NCBI GenBank assembly: GCA_963822805.1
Contig: CAWGIV010000002.1
Span: 43,973-107,972, forward strand
DNA length: 64,000 bases
From: an uncultured Actinomycetota bacterium
GTDB lineage: Bacteria > Actinomycetota > Actinomycetes > Mycobacteriales > Pseudonocardiaceae
Direction of reading: 5' to 3'
Each line of letters starts with the position of its first letter. Positions within the stretch are counted from its first letter, which is position 1. The notes beneath the pieces are model-generated. The model searched no databases. It saw only the letters and a program-made list of their open reading frames with translations, and was not told the origin of the DNA. A program made the translations under genes and the position numbers. Below are positions 22,584 to 31,566 of the stretch, piece after piece.

Positions 22584-22644
22584 GGACCACCTCCATCCGG
22601 TGAGGAGGGTATTGCGCGCCGGAACGGACCCCGATCCGGGGTCG

Positions 22645-23409
22645 TTACGAAGTTGTGACCTCAGCGTTCCCCGAAATCAGCCGAGTGGCGTGTTCCGCGC
22701 TCTCGATCGTGACGAGGTGCGCCCCGGGGAGCACCTCCAGGCGGGCGCCCGGGATGCCGTCGACGAGCGTGCGGGCGTGCGGGTCGACCGGGGTGGACAG
22801 GTCGTCGGCGCCTGCGATGACGAGCGTGGGCACGGCCACCGCCGCGAGCCGCTCGCGGTGGTCCCAGTCGGCGACGGCCCGGCAGCAGCCGAGGTAACCC
22901 GTGTCCGACGTGCCCGCGATCTGGTTGCGGAGCGCGGCGACGACGTCCGCGTGTGCGGCCGCCCAGGCCGGGGTGAACCAGCGGCTGATGACGGTGTCGG
23001 CGATCCCGGCCGTCCCCACCGCCTCGACCGCCGCGATCCGCTCCTCCCAGGGGCCGCGGTCGGGGAAATGCGCCGTGGTGGCGCAGAGCGTGAGGCTGGT
23101 GAGCCGGTCGGGGTGCTCCGAGCCGAGGTACATGCCGACCATCCCGCCAAGCGAGAGGCCGCAGAACGCGACCCGGGCGAGCCTCAGCTTGTCGAGGAGC
23201 TCCAGCACGTCGGCGGCGAGGTCGGGCACCGCATACGGGCCGGGCGGCACCGGGGAGCCGCCATGGCCGCGGTGGTCGATGCGGATCACGCGGAACGGGC
23301 CCGCCAGGCTCAGCTGCGGCTCCCACATCGCCAGGGTGGCGCCGAGCGAGCCCGCGAACATCAGCACCGGCGCGTCGCGCGGGCCGTCGTCGGCGTAGTG
23401 GAGCCTCAT
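22645..23409 (-). CDS. pcaD: 3-oxoadipate enol-lactonase
   Basis: SLGATLAMWEPQ, DHRGHG, GLSLGG; follows the CoA-transferase genes. Confidence 0.85.
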   Translation of the reverse strand: MRLHYADDGPRDAPVLMFAGSLGATLAMWEPQLSLAGPFRVIRIDHRGHGGSPVPPGPYAVPDLAADVLELLDKLRLARVAFCGLSLGGMVGMYLGSEHPDRLTSLTLCATTAHFPDRGPWEERIAAVEAVGTAGIADTVISRWFTPAWAAAHADVVAALRNQIAGTSDTGYLGCCRAVADWDHRERLAAVAVPTLVIAGADDLSTPVDPHARTLVDGIPGARLEVLPGAHLVTIESAEHATRLISGNAEVTTS

Positions 23410-24152
23410 GAGCCGACCGTCTTCATCGAACGCAGGGTGGCGAGCTCGGCGTCCGTCGGCGGAGCAGTGATCGTGAGATCCATCGAGACCTGCAGCTCCC
23501 ATCCCGTCTGCGCCCGCACCTCTTCGACCGAGATGCCTGGGTGTACCGCGGCGAGCACCAGCTCCTTGGTCTCCGGGTCGGGCTCGAGCACGCCCAGGTC
23601 GGTGATCACGCGGGTGGGGCCGCGGCCGCGGAGGCCGAGCACCGTGCGGTCGTCGGGGCCGGTGCCGTAGCCGACCGAGGTGACGAAGTCGACCCGGTCG
23701 ACGAACGCCCGCATGCGGTGTCGCATCACGACGATCACCTCGCGGCAGGACGCGGCGATCTCCGGGGCCCCGCCCGAGCCGGGCAGCCGCACGACGGGCT
23801 CGTCGTACTCGCCGATGACGGTGGTGTTGATGTTGCCGAGGCGGTCGATCTGGGCGCCGGAGAGGAAGCCGACGTCGATCCGCCCGGGCTGCAGCCAGTA
23901 GTTGAACACCTCGGGCACGCTGATCACGGTGAGCGCCGACGTGGCCAGCACCCCGTCGCCGATGGACAGCGGCAGCTCGTCGGGGCGGGTGTCGAAGGTG
24001 CCGGACTCGTAGATCAGCACGAGGTTCGGCGCGTGCAGGCGGCGGGCGAGGTTGGCCGCCGTGGACGGGAGCCCGATCCCGACGAAGCAGACCTGGCCGT
24101 CGCGCAGCGCCCGCGCGGCGGTGACGCTCATCATCTCGTCGGGTGTTGTCAT
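23406..24152 (-). CDS. pcaJ: 3-oxoadipate CoA-transferase beta subunit
   Basis: FVGIGLP, IYESG, RLPGSGGAPEIA. Confidence 0.85.
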   Translation of the reverse strand: MTTPDEMMSVTAARALRDGQVCFVGIGLPSTAANLARRLHAPNLVLIYESGTFDTRPDELPLSIGDGVLATSALTVISVPEVFNYWLQPGRIDVGFLSGAQIDRLGNINTTVIGEYDEPVVRLPGSGGAPEIAASCREVIVVMRHRMRAFVDRVDFVTSVGYGTGPDDRTVLGLRGRGPTRVITDLGVLEPDPETKELVLAAVHPGISVEEVRAQTGWELQVSMDLTITAPPTDAELATLRSMKTVGS

Positions 24153-24213
24153 GCCGAGTGCTCCTCGACGGATGTCGCGGCTGGAACGGAGGCCGTGATG
24201 GTGGTTGGCGCGG

Positions 24214-25014
24214 TCACAGAGCCACCTCGTCGAGCCATCGGCCGAACGCTGCGCGGTCGCGGCCGATCGCGTCCCAGGCGCGGTAGGCGGAGTTGTCGCG
24301 GTCGTAGTAGCCCAGCGCGTAGGACGGGGCGGCGCCGCCGGGGGTCACCGCGATCATCTCGATCACCCAGTGCGGCAGCACGACCGCGCCGGGCACCGGC
24401 GTGAGCTCGTCGACGATCTCCTCGACGGTGGCCAGCGCCCGCCGCGACGCCAGCACGACCTCCTTCTGCACGCCGACGATCCCCCACAGCTGGACGTTGC
24501 CGTGCCGGTCGGCGCGCTGGGCGTGCACGATGCCCACGTCGGGGTTGATGGCCCGGACGGCGGTCAGCTGCTCGCCGGTGAACGGGCAGGTGACCGCGGC
24601 GATCGTGGGCGTGTGTTCGGGCAGGTCGGTGCCCGCGGATCCACGCAGGACGGCGAACGGCAGCCCGGACGCGCCCGCGACGTAGCGGTTGGCCATTCCC
24701 GCGTGGCTGTGCTCCTCGATCGTGAGCGGGACGGGCCAGCCGTTGGCCAGCGCGTCACGCATCCGGTGCAGCGACCCGACGCCGGGGTTGCCTCCCCAGG
24801 AGAACACCAGCCTGGCCGCGCAGCCCGCACCGATGAGCTGGTCGTAGATCAGGTCGGGGGTCATCCGGACGAGGGTGAGGTCGCGCAAGCCCTGCCGGAT
24901 GATCTCGTGGCCCGCGGCGAAGGGGATGAGGTGGGTGAAGCCTTCGAGCGCGACGGTGTCGCCGTCGCGGACCAGCCCCGCCACCGCCTCCGCCAACGGC
25001 ACGATCTTCGGCAC
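24214..25014 (-). CDS. pcaI: 3-oxoadipate CoA-transferase alpha subunit
   Basis: [34 protein letters not shown]. Confidence 0.87.
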   Translation of the reverse strand: MPKIVPLAEAVAGLVRDGDTVALEGFTHLIPFAAGHEIIRQGLRDLTLVRMTPDLIYDQLIGAGCAARLVFSWGGNPGVGSLHRMRDALANGWPVPLTIEEHSHAGMANRYVAGASGLPFAVLRGSAGTDLPEHTPTIAAVTCPFTGEQLTAVRAINPDVGIVHAQRADRHGNVQLWGIVGVQKEVVLASRRALATVEEIVDELTPVPGAVVLPHWVIEMIAVTPGGAAPSYALGYYDRDNSAYRAWDAIGRDRAAFGRWLDEVAL

Positions 25015-25114
25015 GAGGGGAAAGCTAGTGGTCGCGGGCGCGCTGCGCACCCCCCGGAGTGCAAGGGGTCACCTTCGCGCGCGCTGGACGCGCCGCAGTG
25101 CCAGGCTGGGCGCC

Positions 25115-25954
25115 GTGGCTTCTGGAGAACTCACCTTCACCATCGGCGACCGCGCCGTGCACCGGCTCGGCTACGGCACGATGCAGCTCACCGGCCCCGG
25201 CGTGTGGGGGCCGCCTGCGGACCCGGCGGGCGCGGTGGCGGTGTTGCGGCGCGCCGCGGAGCTGGGCGTCGACCTCTACGACACCGCCGACTCGTACGGC
25301 CCCTACGTCGCCGAGGAGCTTCTCCGCGAGGCGCTGCACCCCTACGAGGGGCTGACGATCGCGACCAAGGCGGGCTTCCTGCGCACGGGGCCCCGGAAGT
25401 GGGTCCCCTGTGGACGGCCGGAGTACCTGCGCCAGGAGTGCGAGATGTCGCTGCGCCGCCTCGGCGTCGAGCGCATCGACCTCTTCCAGCTGCACCGCAT
25501 CGACCCGACCGTGCCCGCCGACGAGCAGTTCGGCCTCCTCGCCGAGCTGCAGGCGGAAGGCAAGGTGGGCGCGGTGGGGCTGTCCGAGGTGGACGTCGAC
25601 CGGATCGAGGCGGCGCGGGCCATCGTCGACGTCGCGACCGTCCAGAACCGCTACAACCTGCTCGACCGGGCCAGCGACGACGTGCTGCGCCACTGCACCT
25701 GCCAAGGCATCGGGTTCATGCCGTGGCACCCGATCGCGTCCGGGCGGCTCGCCGAGCCGGGCGGCCCGGTGGCGGAAGCGGCCGAGCGGTACGGCGTCAC
25801 CGCGTCGGTGGTGGCGCTGGCGTGGCTGCTGCAGCGCTCGTCGGTGATGCTGCCGATCCCGGGCACGTCGAGCGTGGCGCATCTGGAGGAGAACATGCGC
25901 GCCGCCACTCTGCGGCTTGACCTGGAGACGGTGGAGAAGCTCGACGTGGGCTGA
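25115..25954 (+). CDS. aldo/keto reductase
   Basis: [35 protein letters not shown]. Confidence 0.92.
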   Translation: MASGELTFTIGDRAVHRLGYGTMQLTGPGVWGPPADPAGAVAVLRRAAELGVDLYDTADSYGPYVAEELLREALHPYEGLTIATKAGFLRTGPRKWVPCGRPEYLRQECEMSLRRLGVERIDLFQLHRIDPTVPADEQFGLLAELQAEGKVGAVGLSEVDVDRIEAARAIVDVATVQNRYNLLDRASDDVLRHCTCQGIGFMPWHPIASGRLAEPGGPVAEAAERYGVTASVVALAWLLQRSSVMLPIPGTSSVAHLEENMRAATLRLDLETVEKLDVG

Positions 25955-26074
25955 CCAACCTATGAGGCCGAAGTCAAGTCCTGGGTTTGGGTGAGCTTGG
26001 GCGTGTGGGGTCGACTCGGCGACCCGAGGCCGTCGAGTTGATCTTCTCGGGTGGTGGGTGCTGCTGGTCGGGTG

Positions 26075-26243
26075 GTGCCTCGCGCCCGTCTCCGGCCCTA
26101 CGTAGCGTTCAAGCGGGTTTGTCCCGACAGCCTTCATCCGGGCTTGGTGGGAGACGGGCGGGGCTGCTCATGGTCAGTTGCGGGATCGGGGTCCCGACGG
26201 GGATGCGAGCTCGCCCCGCCCGATGGTCAGCGGCACGCGGGTG
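26075..26243 (-). ncRNA. putative bridge/seekRNA
   Basis: Two adjacent stem - internal loop - hairpin domains downstream of the transposase (about 26160-26217 and 26083-26160). Confidence 0.65.
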
Positions 26244-27620
26244 TCAGGCTGCGGTGGCGGCTCCGTTGTCGTGGTCGGCGCGCCGGTCGAGCCCGGCGGC
26301 GATGGCGGGATCCCAGGCGGTGCGGGTGACGATCACGGCGTGCAGTTGGCGCAGCAGGCTGGCCGCGACCGCGACCCGGGCTTGGGTGTCGGTCAGTGGG
26401 TTGTCGGGCCGCCCGGTCAGGTGGGCGTGGCGGGCGGCCAGGACGGGGTTGTGCACCAGTGCGGGGAACACCGCCCGCCAGGCGGCCAGGCGCAGCTCGG
26501 GGCGGCCGCGGCCGCTGATGCCGGTCTTGCCCTGGTAGCTGCCCGAGGAGTTGTCACGTGGGCACAGCCCGGCGTGTTTGACCAGGGCCCGGGCCGAGCT
26601 GAAGCGGGTCGGGTCGCCGGCCTCGGCCAGGATCGTGGCGGCCCCGATGGCGGAGACCCCGGGGATGGTGGCGACCAGCTCGGTGAGCTCGAGCTGGTCG
26701 AGCACGCCGAGCATGCGGGTCTCGACCTGGGTGATCTCGGCGCGGCGCCCGGCCAGGTCGGTGAGGGCGAACGCCACCCGTTCCAGGGCGCCGGCGCGCT
26801 GGGCGACCACCCCGGCCCGGCTGAGCGCGGGGTCGGTGGCGGCGTCGAACACCGCGCGCACGATGCGCGAGTACCAGCGGGTGCCGCCCAGCTGGGCGCG
26901 GACCGCGGCGGCGAACCGGTCCCACCCCCCGCGGCGGATCACCGACAGGTCCCCGCTGGCGGCGATGCGGTCGAGCGCGACGGTGACCGCGGCCAGCCAG
27001 CTCTTGGACTCCAGCGGGTCGCCCGCGGCGGAAAGCACCGCGGGCCAGGCGCACTCCAGCAGGTCACGCACCTGTTGGCGGGCCGCGCCGGCGGCGGTGA
27101 CCAGCCGGGCCCGGCGTGCCCCCAGGTGCCGCAGCCGCGCCCAGGTCGGGTCGGCCCGCTCGGGCAGGTAGCAGCGCAGCTCGGTGACCAACCGGGCGAT
27201 GATCATCGCGTCGGTGTCGTCGTTCTTGTTGCGGGTGAAATCCTCGGCCTCCCGGGCCCGGGCCACCAGCAGCGGCTGCACACACACCAACGCCACCCCG
27301 AGCTCGGCGGCGATCTGATCCAGCACCCGCCAGCGGTGCCCGGTCGGCTCACACGCCACCACCACCTGCGAGAAACCCGCCTCGGCCGCCCGAGCCAGCC
27401 CCCACTCGACCGCGTCGGACAGCTCCCACGCCTTGCACCGCACCGTGCGCCGAGCCAACACGCGCGAGTCCGGGTCGGTCAACGCGCAGACCTGCTTGTC
27501 CGCAGCCAGGTCGAACGCCAACACCGCGGTTTCCCGTGTGATGATCGCCCGCAGCCGGGCCAGCTTCTCGTTGCGGCGACGGTCTCCCCGCGACAACCGG
27601 TGCCTACTACCGTGGGACAC
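26244..27620 (-). CDS. IS110-family transposase/recombinase
   Basis: RuvC-like D-E-DD (AFDLA, ACEPTG, KNDDTDA), TIPGVS, catalytic Ser in PRDNSSG, GRPELR; AGGAGG SD before GTG 27620. Confidence 0.95.
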   Translation of the reverse strand: MSHGSRHRLSRGDRRRNEKLARLRAIITRETAVLAFDLAADKQVCALTDPDSRVLARRTVRCKAWELSDAVEWGLARAAEAGFSQVVVACEPTGHRWRVLDQIAAELGVALVCVQPLLVARAREAEDFTRNKNDDTDAMIIARLVTELRCYLPERADPTWARLRHLGARRARLVTAAGAARQQVRDLLECAWPAVLSAAGDPLESKSWLAAVTVALDRIAASGDLSVIRRGGWDRFAAAVRAQLGGTRWYSRIVRAVFDAATDPALSRAGVVAQRAGALERVAFALTDLAGRRAEITQVETRMLGVLDQLELTELVATIPGVSAIGAATILAEAGDPTRFSSARALVKHAGLCPRDNSSGSYQGKTGISGRGRPELRLAAWRAVFPALVHNPVLAARHAHLTGRPDNPLTDTQARVAVAASLLRQLHAVIVTRTAWDPAIAAGLDRRADHDNGAATAA

Positions 27621-27677
27621 GACATCCTCCTGGTGCGGTTGGGACTCCAAGCCCGCACACCCCACCAGGAGGATGTC
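27621..27677 (-). promoter_or_regulatory. perfect 15-bp hairpin sequestering the transposase SD
   Basis: gacatcctcctggtg (27621-27635) / caccaggaggatgtc (27663-27677). Confidence 0.75.
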
Positions 27678-27866
27678 CCGCGACTTCAACCGCTCAGGCT
27701 GTTACTACCGCGGCTGCAGCGGGTGCCGTGCGGATCCTCGAACGGGTGTACCCGCGCCACCCGGAGGGGTTGATTCACCCGAGAGGGCTGTAACGGCCGC
27801 GCTGAACCCGTTTCCCCTGGCCGTGTGACCCCGTTATGGGTGGCAGCGACCCCTGAAGGAGGAGAC

Positions 27867-28301
27867 GTGGTGATCGAAGAACTGATCGGCGGGCCGAGAG
27901 TCGGCAGGCACGCGCTCGACGAGGACGCCATCCAGACCCCGATCTTCGCCGCCCTGACGCGGGGCGGGTGGCGGGAGCGTCGGCAGCCACGGACGGCGGC
28001 CACGTTGGACGAGTTCCGCCGCGATCCCCTGACCGCGCCGATCCCCGTCCAGCTCGCGGGCGTCGTCGCGCCCGCGGGGCAGGATGCCGGGGCCGACCTG
28101 GCGCGCCGACGGGACCGGTTGGTCTCGTCGGCCGGGCCGCGGGGGGTGACGGGCGCCCTGATCGCGGACATGACGATGTGCGCCGCGGCCGACGTCACGC
28201 GTCGGCGACTTCCCGCGGTCCAGCGGGCCCGGGCGGCCAGGGAGCGGCAGGTGGACGCGTTGGCCGACACCGGACGCCACCACCTGCAGCCGGTGAGTTA
28301 G
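27867..28301 (+). CDS. hypothetical protein
   Basis: Strong SD AAGGAGG; GRHALDE..TPIFAAL..FRRDPLTAPIP motifs. Confidence 0.65.
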   Translation: MVIEELIGGPRVGRHALDEDAIQTPIFAALTRGGWRERRQPRTAATLDEFRRDPLTAPIPVQLAGVVAPAGQDAGADLARRRDRLVSSAGPRGVTGALIADMTMCAAADVTRRRLPAVQRARAARERQVDALADTGRHHLQPVS

Positions 28302-28363
28302 AGGCAACGGTCGCGAGACTGACGTTCCCGGTGATCGAACCCCGCGAACGTCGGTCTCGCACC

Positions 28364-29668
28364 TCAAGCACTCAGGCGAGCCGCCACCGCGCGTAGGCCG
28401 GCCGTCGTGGTGGCCCGGTCGACCCGCGTCGGCTCGCCCCCGGCCAGCACGGCCTCGCCCGCCACCCAGACGTCGGTCACCAGCCGCGCCCCGCCCGCCC
28501 ATATGAGGTTGGACAGCAGTCGCGCGTCGTCGGCCGGGTCGGTGAACACCGGGTCGTCGAGGTCGACGTGCACCAGGTCGGCCCACCGTCCCGGCTCCAG
28601 GACGCCGAGGTCGGCGCGCCCGATCGCGGCCGCGCCGTCGCGCGTGGCCAGCAGCAGGAGCTCGGCGGCGGTCAGCGCGGCGGCGTCCCCGGCGCCCACC
28701 CGGGCGAGCAGGCCCGCGAGCCGGGCCTGGGCCCACAGGTCGAGGTCGTCGCCGGACGCCGGGCCGTCGGTGCCCAGCCCCACCCGCACCCCCGCCCGCC
28801 GCAGCGCCGTCACCCGCGCCACCCCGGCCGCGAGCTTCGCGTTCGAGCCCGGGCAGTGCGCCACCGCCACGCCCCGCGCCGCCAACAGGTCGACGTCTTC
28901 GTCCGACAGCTGCACCCCGTGCGCCGCCAACACGCGCCCGCCGAGCAGGCCGACGGCGTCCAGCAGCGCGGGCACCGACCCGTACGCGGCCCGCTGGGAA
29001 AGGTCCTCGTCCGCGGTCTCGGCCACGTGCAGGTGCACCAGCGCCCCGCGCGCCCGGGCGTGCTCCCCGATCGACGCGAGCGCCTCCGGCGGCAGCGTGT
29101 ACGCCGCGTGCGGGCCGTACCCGAGCTCGATCCGCCCCGACCGCATCCCCCCGGCGTCGATCCGCGCGGAGACGTCGTCGCGCATCGCCTCCCACGGCCC
29201 GAGCCGGTCCCAGCCGGGCGCCGCGATGATCCCCGGCGTGAGCAGGACCCGGGAGCCGACGGCGGTGACCGCGTCGATGACGGCGTCGGTGAAGAAGTAC
29301 ATCTCGACGCTGGTGGTGCAGCCCGTGCGGAGCAGCTCGACGCAGCCCGCGGCCATGGCGGCGCGCACGTCGTCGGCGCGCAGCCTGCCCTCCGCGGGCC
29401 AGATCACCTCCCGCAGCCAGCGCATCAGCGGCAGGTCGCCGCCGAGCCCGCGCAGCGCCAGCATCGGCGTATGGGCGTGCGTGTTGACCAGCCCCGGAAG
29501 CAGAAGCCCTCGCAGGTTCCGCACCGGCGCGGCGGAGACCGGCGCCGCGGCGCGCGGACCGACGAAGGCGATCCGGCCCTCCTCGTCGACGTCGACGACG
29601 GCGTCCCGCACGACCGAACACGAGGCGTCGCAGGGCAGTACGACAGGCGCCGTGAGGCGCAGGGTCAA
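28364..29668 (-). CDS. metal-dependent amidohydrolase (MTA/SAH deaminase-like)
   Basis: PGLVNTHAH, GPHAAYT, HLHVAET, AHGV, LGTDG; TTG start overlaps upstream stop. Confidence 0.9.
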   Translation of the reverse strand: MTLRLTAPVVLPCDASCSVVRDAVVDVDEEGRIAFVGPRAAAPVSAAPVRNLRGLLLPGLVNTHAHTPMLALRGLGGDLPLMRWLREVIWPAEGRLRADDVRAAMAAGCVELLRTGCTTSVEMYFFTDAVIDAVTAVGSRVLLTPGIIAAPGWDRLGPWEAMRDDVSARIDAGGMRSGRIELGYGPHAAYTLPPEALASIGEHARARGALVHLHVAETADEDLSQRAAYGSVPALLDAVGLLGGRVLAAHGVQLSDEDVDLLAARGVAVAHCPGSNAKLAAGVARVTALRRAGVRVGLGTDGPASGDDLDLWAQARLAGLLARVGAGDAAALTAAELLLLATRDGAAAIGRADLGVLEPGRWADLVHVDLDDPVFTDPADDARLLSNLIWAGGARLVTDVWVAGEAVLAGGEPTRVDRATTTAGLRAVAARLSA

Positions 29669-30282
29669 CGTTTCTCCAACAACGACCGCAGCGACCGGAA
29701 CGGCGGCAGCCACGCCCCCCCGTCGGGCAGCGCGTCGAGGGAGATCCGCGGCAGCGGCTCACGGAAAACGCCCTCGATCTCCTCGAGGTCGACGAACTCG
29801 ATCACGTCTGAGGTGAGGGCGAAGCTCGCGTGCTCGCGGAACCCGATCACCGTGACGTAGGTGCCGCGGGTGCGCAGCTCCTCCAGCGGATCCCGGAACG
29901 CCCGCCCATCCCCTGACGCGACGACGACGTGCTCCAGCTGGCCCTCGTCGGCGCGGAGCTTGATGTGGGCGAGCATGTCGTCGTCGATATCGGAATCTTC
30001 GGTCGTCTTGGGTTTGGCGAATACGGCGAAGCCGACGTTGCGCAGCGCCTCCACCCACGGCCGTACGACTTCGGTGCTGCCCGGGACGACGTTGGTGAAC
30101 ACGCAGGCCTCGGCGACGGCGTGCTCCCCCGCGAGCTCGAGCAGCCAGCGGCCGATGGCGTCGAACCGCGGCCGGAACGCCGCCGTCGGGCGGGCACCGA
30201 GCAGCGAGCCGAGGCTCATGTCCATGTTCGGGGCGTCCCACACCAGCAGCACGCGCGGCTCGGGGCCGGTGGGGGAGGTCAT
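29665..30282 (-). CDS. NYN-domain protein (Rv0207c-like)
   Basis: VWDAPNMD, DIDDDML, ASGDG..F. Confidence 0.88.
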   Translation of the reverse strand: MTSPTGPEPRVLLVWDAPNMDMSLGSLLGARPTAAFRPRFDAIGRWLLELAGEHAVAEACVFTNVVPGSTEVVRPWVEALRNVGFAVFAKPKTTEDSDIDDDMLAHIKLRADEGQLEHVVVASGDGRAFRDPLEELRTRGTYVTVIGFREHASFALTSDVIEFVDLEEIEGVFREPLPRISLDALPDGGAWLPPFRSLRSLLEKR

Positions 30283-30336
30283 GGCCCGACCCTATCCCGC
30301 CCGGCCGCCGGAGGATGACGGGCTAGCATCCGCGCG

Positions 30337-30774
30337 GTGGCGGGTGGCGGAGACGACGGCAGCGCGATCGCCCGGCGCACCGCGGCGGCCATGGAACGGG
30401 CCGACGCCGCGGGGCGGGCGGCGGGCGTCCGGCTGCTCGACGTCGGGCTCGGACGGGCGCGCACCGCGCTCACCGTCGAGGCCCGCCACGTCAACGGGCA
30501 CGGCATCTGCCACGGCGGGTATGTGTTCCTGCTGGCCGACGCGGCGTTCGCGTACGCCTGCAACAGCTACGGCGTCTCCGCGGTGGCGGCGGGCGCCGAC
30601 ATCGCCTTCCTGCGGCCCGTCCCGCTCGGCGCGGAGCTGGTCGCGGAGGCGGTGGAGCGGGCGCGGGCGGGCCGGTCGGGGTTGTACGACGTCACGGTGC
30701 GGGCGGCGGGCGAGGTGGTGGCCGAGTTCCGCGGCCGGGCCCGCCAGGTGCCGGGGCTGGCGAGCCCCGCCTGA
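30337..30774 (+). CDS. PaaI-family acyl-CoA thioesterase
   Basis: NGHGICHGGYVFLLADAAFAYACNS. Confidence 0.88.
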   Translation: MAGGGDDGSAIARRTAAAMERADAAGRAAGVRLLDVGLGRARTALTVEARHVNGHGICHGGYVFLLADAAFAYACNSYGVSAVAAGADIAFLRPVPLGAELVAEAVERARAGRSGLYDVTVRAAGEVVAEFRGRARQVPGLASPA

Positions 30775-30858
30775 CGCTCAGGGCTGCGCCGCGTGCCGGT
30801 CATGGTGGGTTCGTCGAGCGGTGGCGATGCCGAGGGCGTGTGCCGTGGCCGGCTGGAA

Positions 30859-31566
30859 TCAGGTGGCGGGAGGCGGGGCGTTCGGCCGCTTGCGGTAAAG
30901 GAAGTCGTGGACGTCGCGGCCCTCGGCACGGGCCCGGGCCTCGAACTTGGTCACCGGCCGCCACGGGGGACGCGGAATCGGTCCGCCGGCGAGCAGCGGC
31001 TCGGCGTCGGCGACCGCGCGCATCTGTTGGGCGTAGTCGGCCCAGTCGGTGGCCATGTGCAGGGTGCCGCCGGGCCGCAGCCGCGCGGCCGCGAGCGCGA
31101 CGAACCCGGGCCGCACGAGCCTGCGCTTGTGGTGGCGGCGCTTGGGCCACGGGTCCGGGAAGAAGATCCGGATCCCGGCCAACGACGCGTTCGGCACGCG
31201 CTCGGAAAGCAGCGCGACGGCGTCCCCGCGCAGGACGACCACGTTGGCCAGCTCCGCCGCCGCGACCCGCATGAGCAGCGCCGCGATGCCGGGCTCGAAG
31301 ACCTCGACGGCGAGGTGGTCGACGTCCGGCTCGGCCGCCGCGAGTGCCGCCGTCGACTCGCCCATGCCCGAGCCGATCTCCAGAATGAGCGGGGCGTCGC
31401 GACCGAACCAGGTGGGCGGGTCGTAGTCGGTGGCCCCGCTGATCAGATCGGCGACCTCGTGGCCGCGGACGGGCCACCACCGGTCCCAGGCCGCCTTCTG
31501 GCCGTCGGTCAGGCGGGCGCGATGGTGGACGAAGCTCGTGACCGGCCGACGCGGTGGCTCAGCCAC
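30859..31566 (-). CDS. trmB: tRNA (guanine-N7)-methyltransferase
   Basis: LEIGSGMG, FFPDPWPKRRHHKRR, ATDW..YA, TKFE. Confidence 0.95.
   Translation of the reverse strand: MAEPPRRPVTSFVHHRARLTDGQKAAWDRWWPVRGHEVADLISGATDYDPPTWFGRDAPLILEIGSGMGESTAALAAAEPDVDHLAVEVFEPGIAALLMRVAAAELANVVVLRGDAVALLSERVPNASLAGIRIFFPDPWPKRRHHKRRLVRPGFVALAAARLRPGGTLHMATDWADYAQQMRAVADAEPLLAGGPIPRPPWRPVTKFEARARAEGRDVHDFLYRKRPNAPPPAT

Larger units (their letters stand above)
25958..27709 (-). mobile_element. IS110-family insertion sequence with 3' non-coding end
   Basis: Contains a DEDD recombinase gene. Ends inferred from a repeated ACC (25958-25960, 27707-27709), weak sub-terminal IRs (tgag..gaagtc / gacttc..ctca) and guide-to-flank matches; exact ends uncertain. 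Confidence 0.7.

Noticed and set aside
27621-27689. Longer transposase start (481 aa)
   Set aside because: The strong SD precedes GTG 27620, and the extension runs through the regulatory hairpin almost to the inferred IS end.
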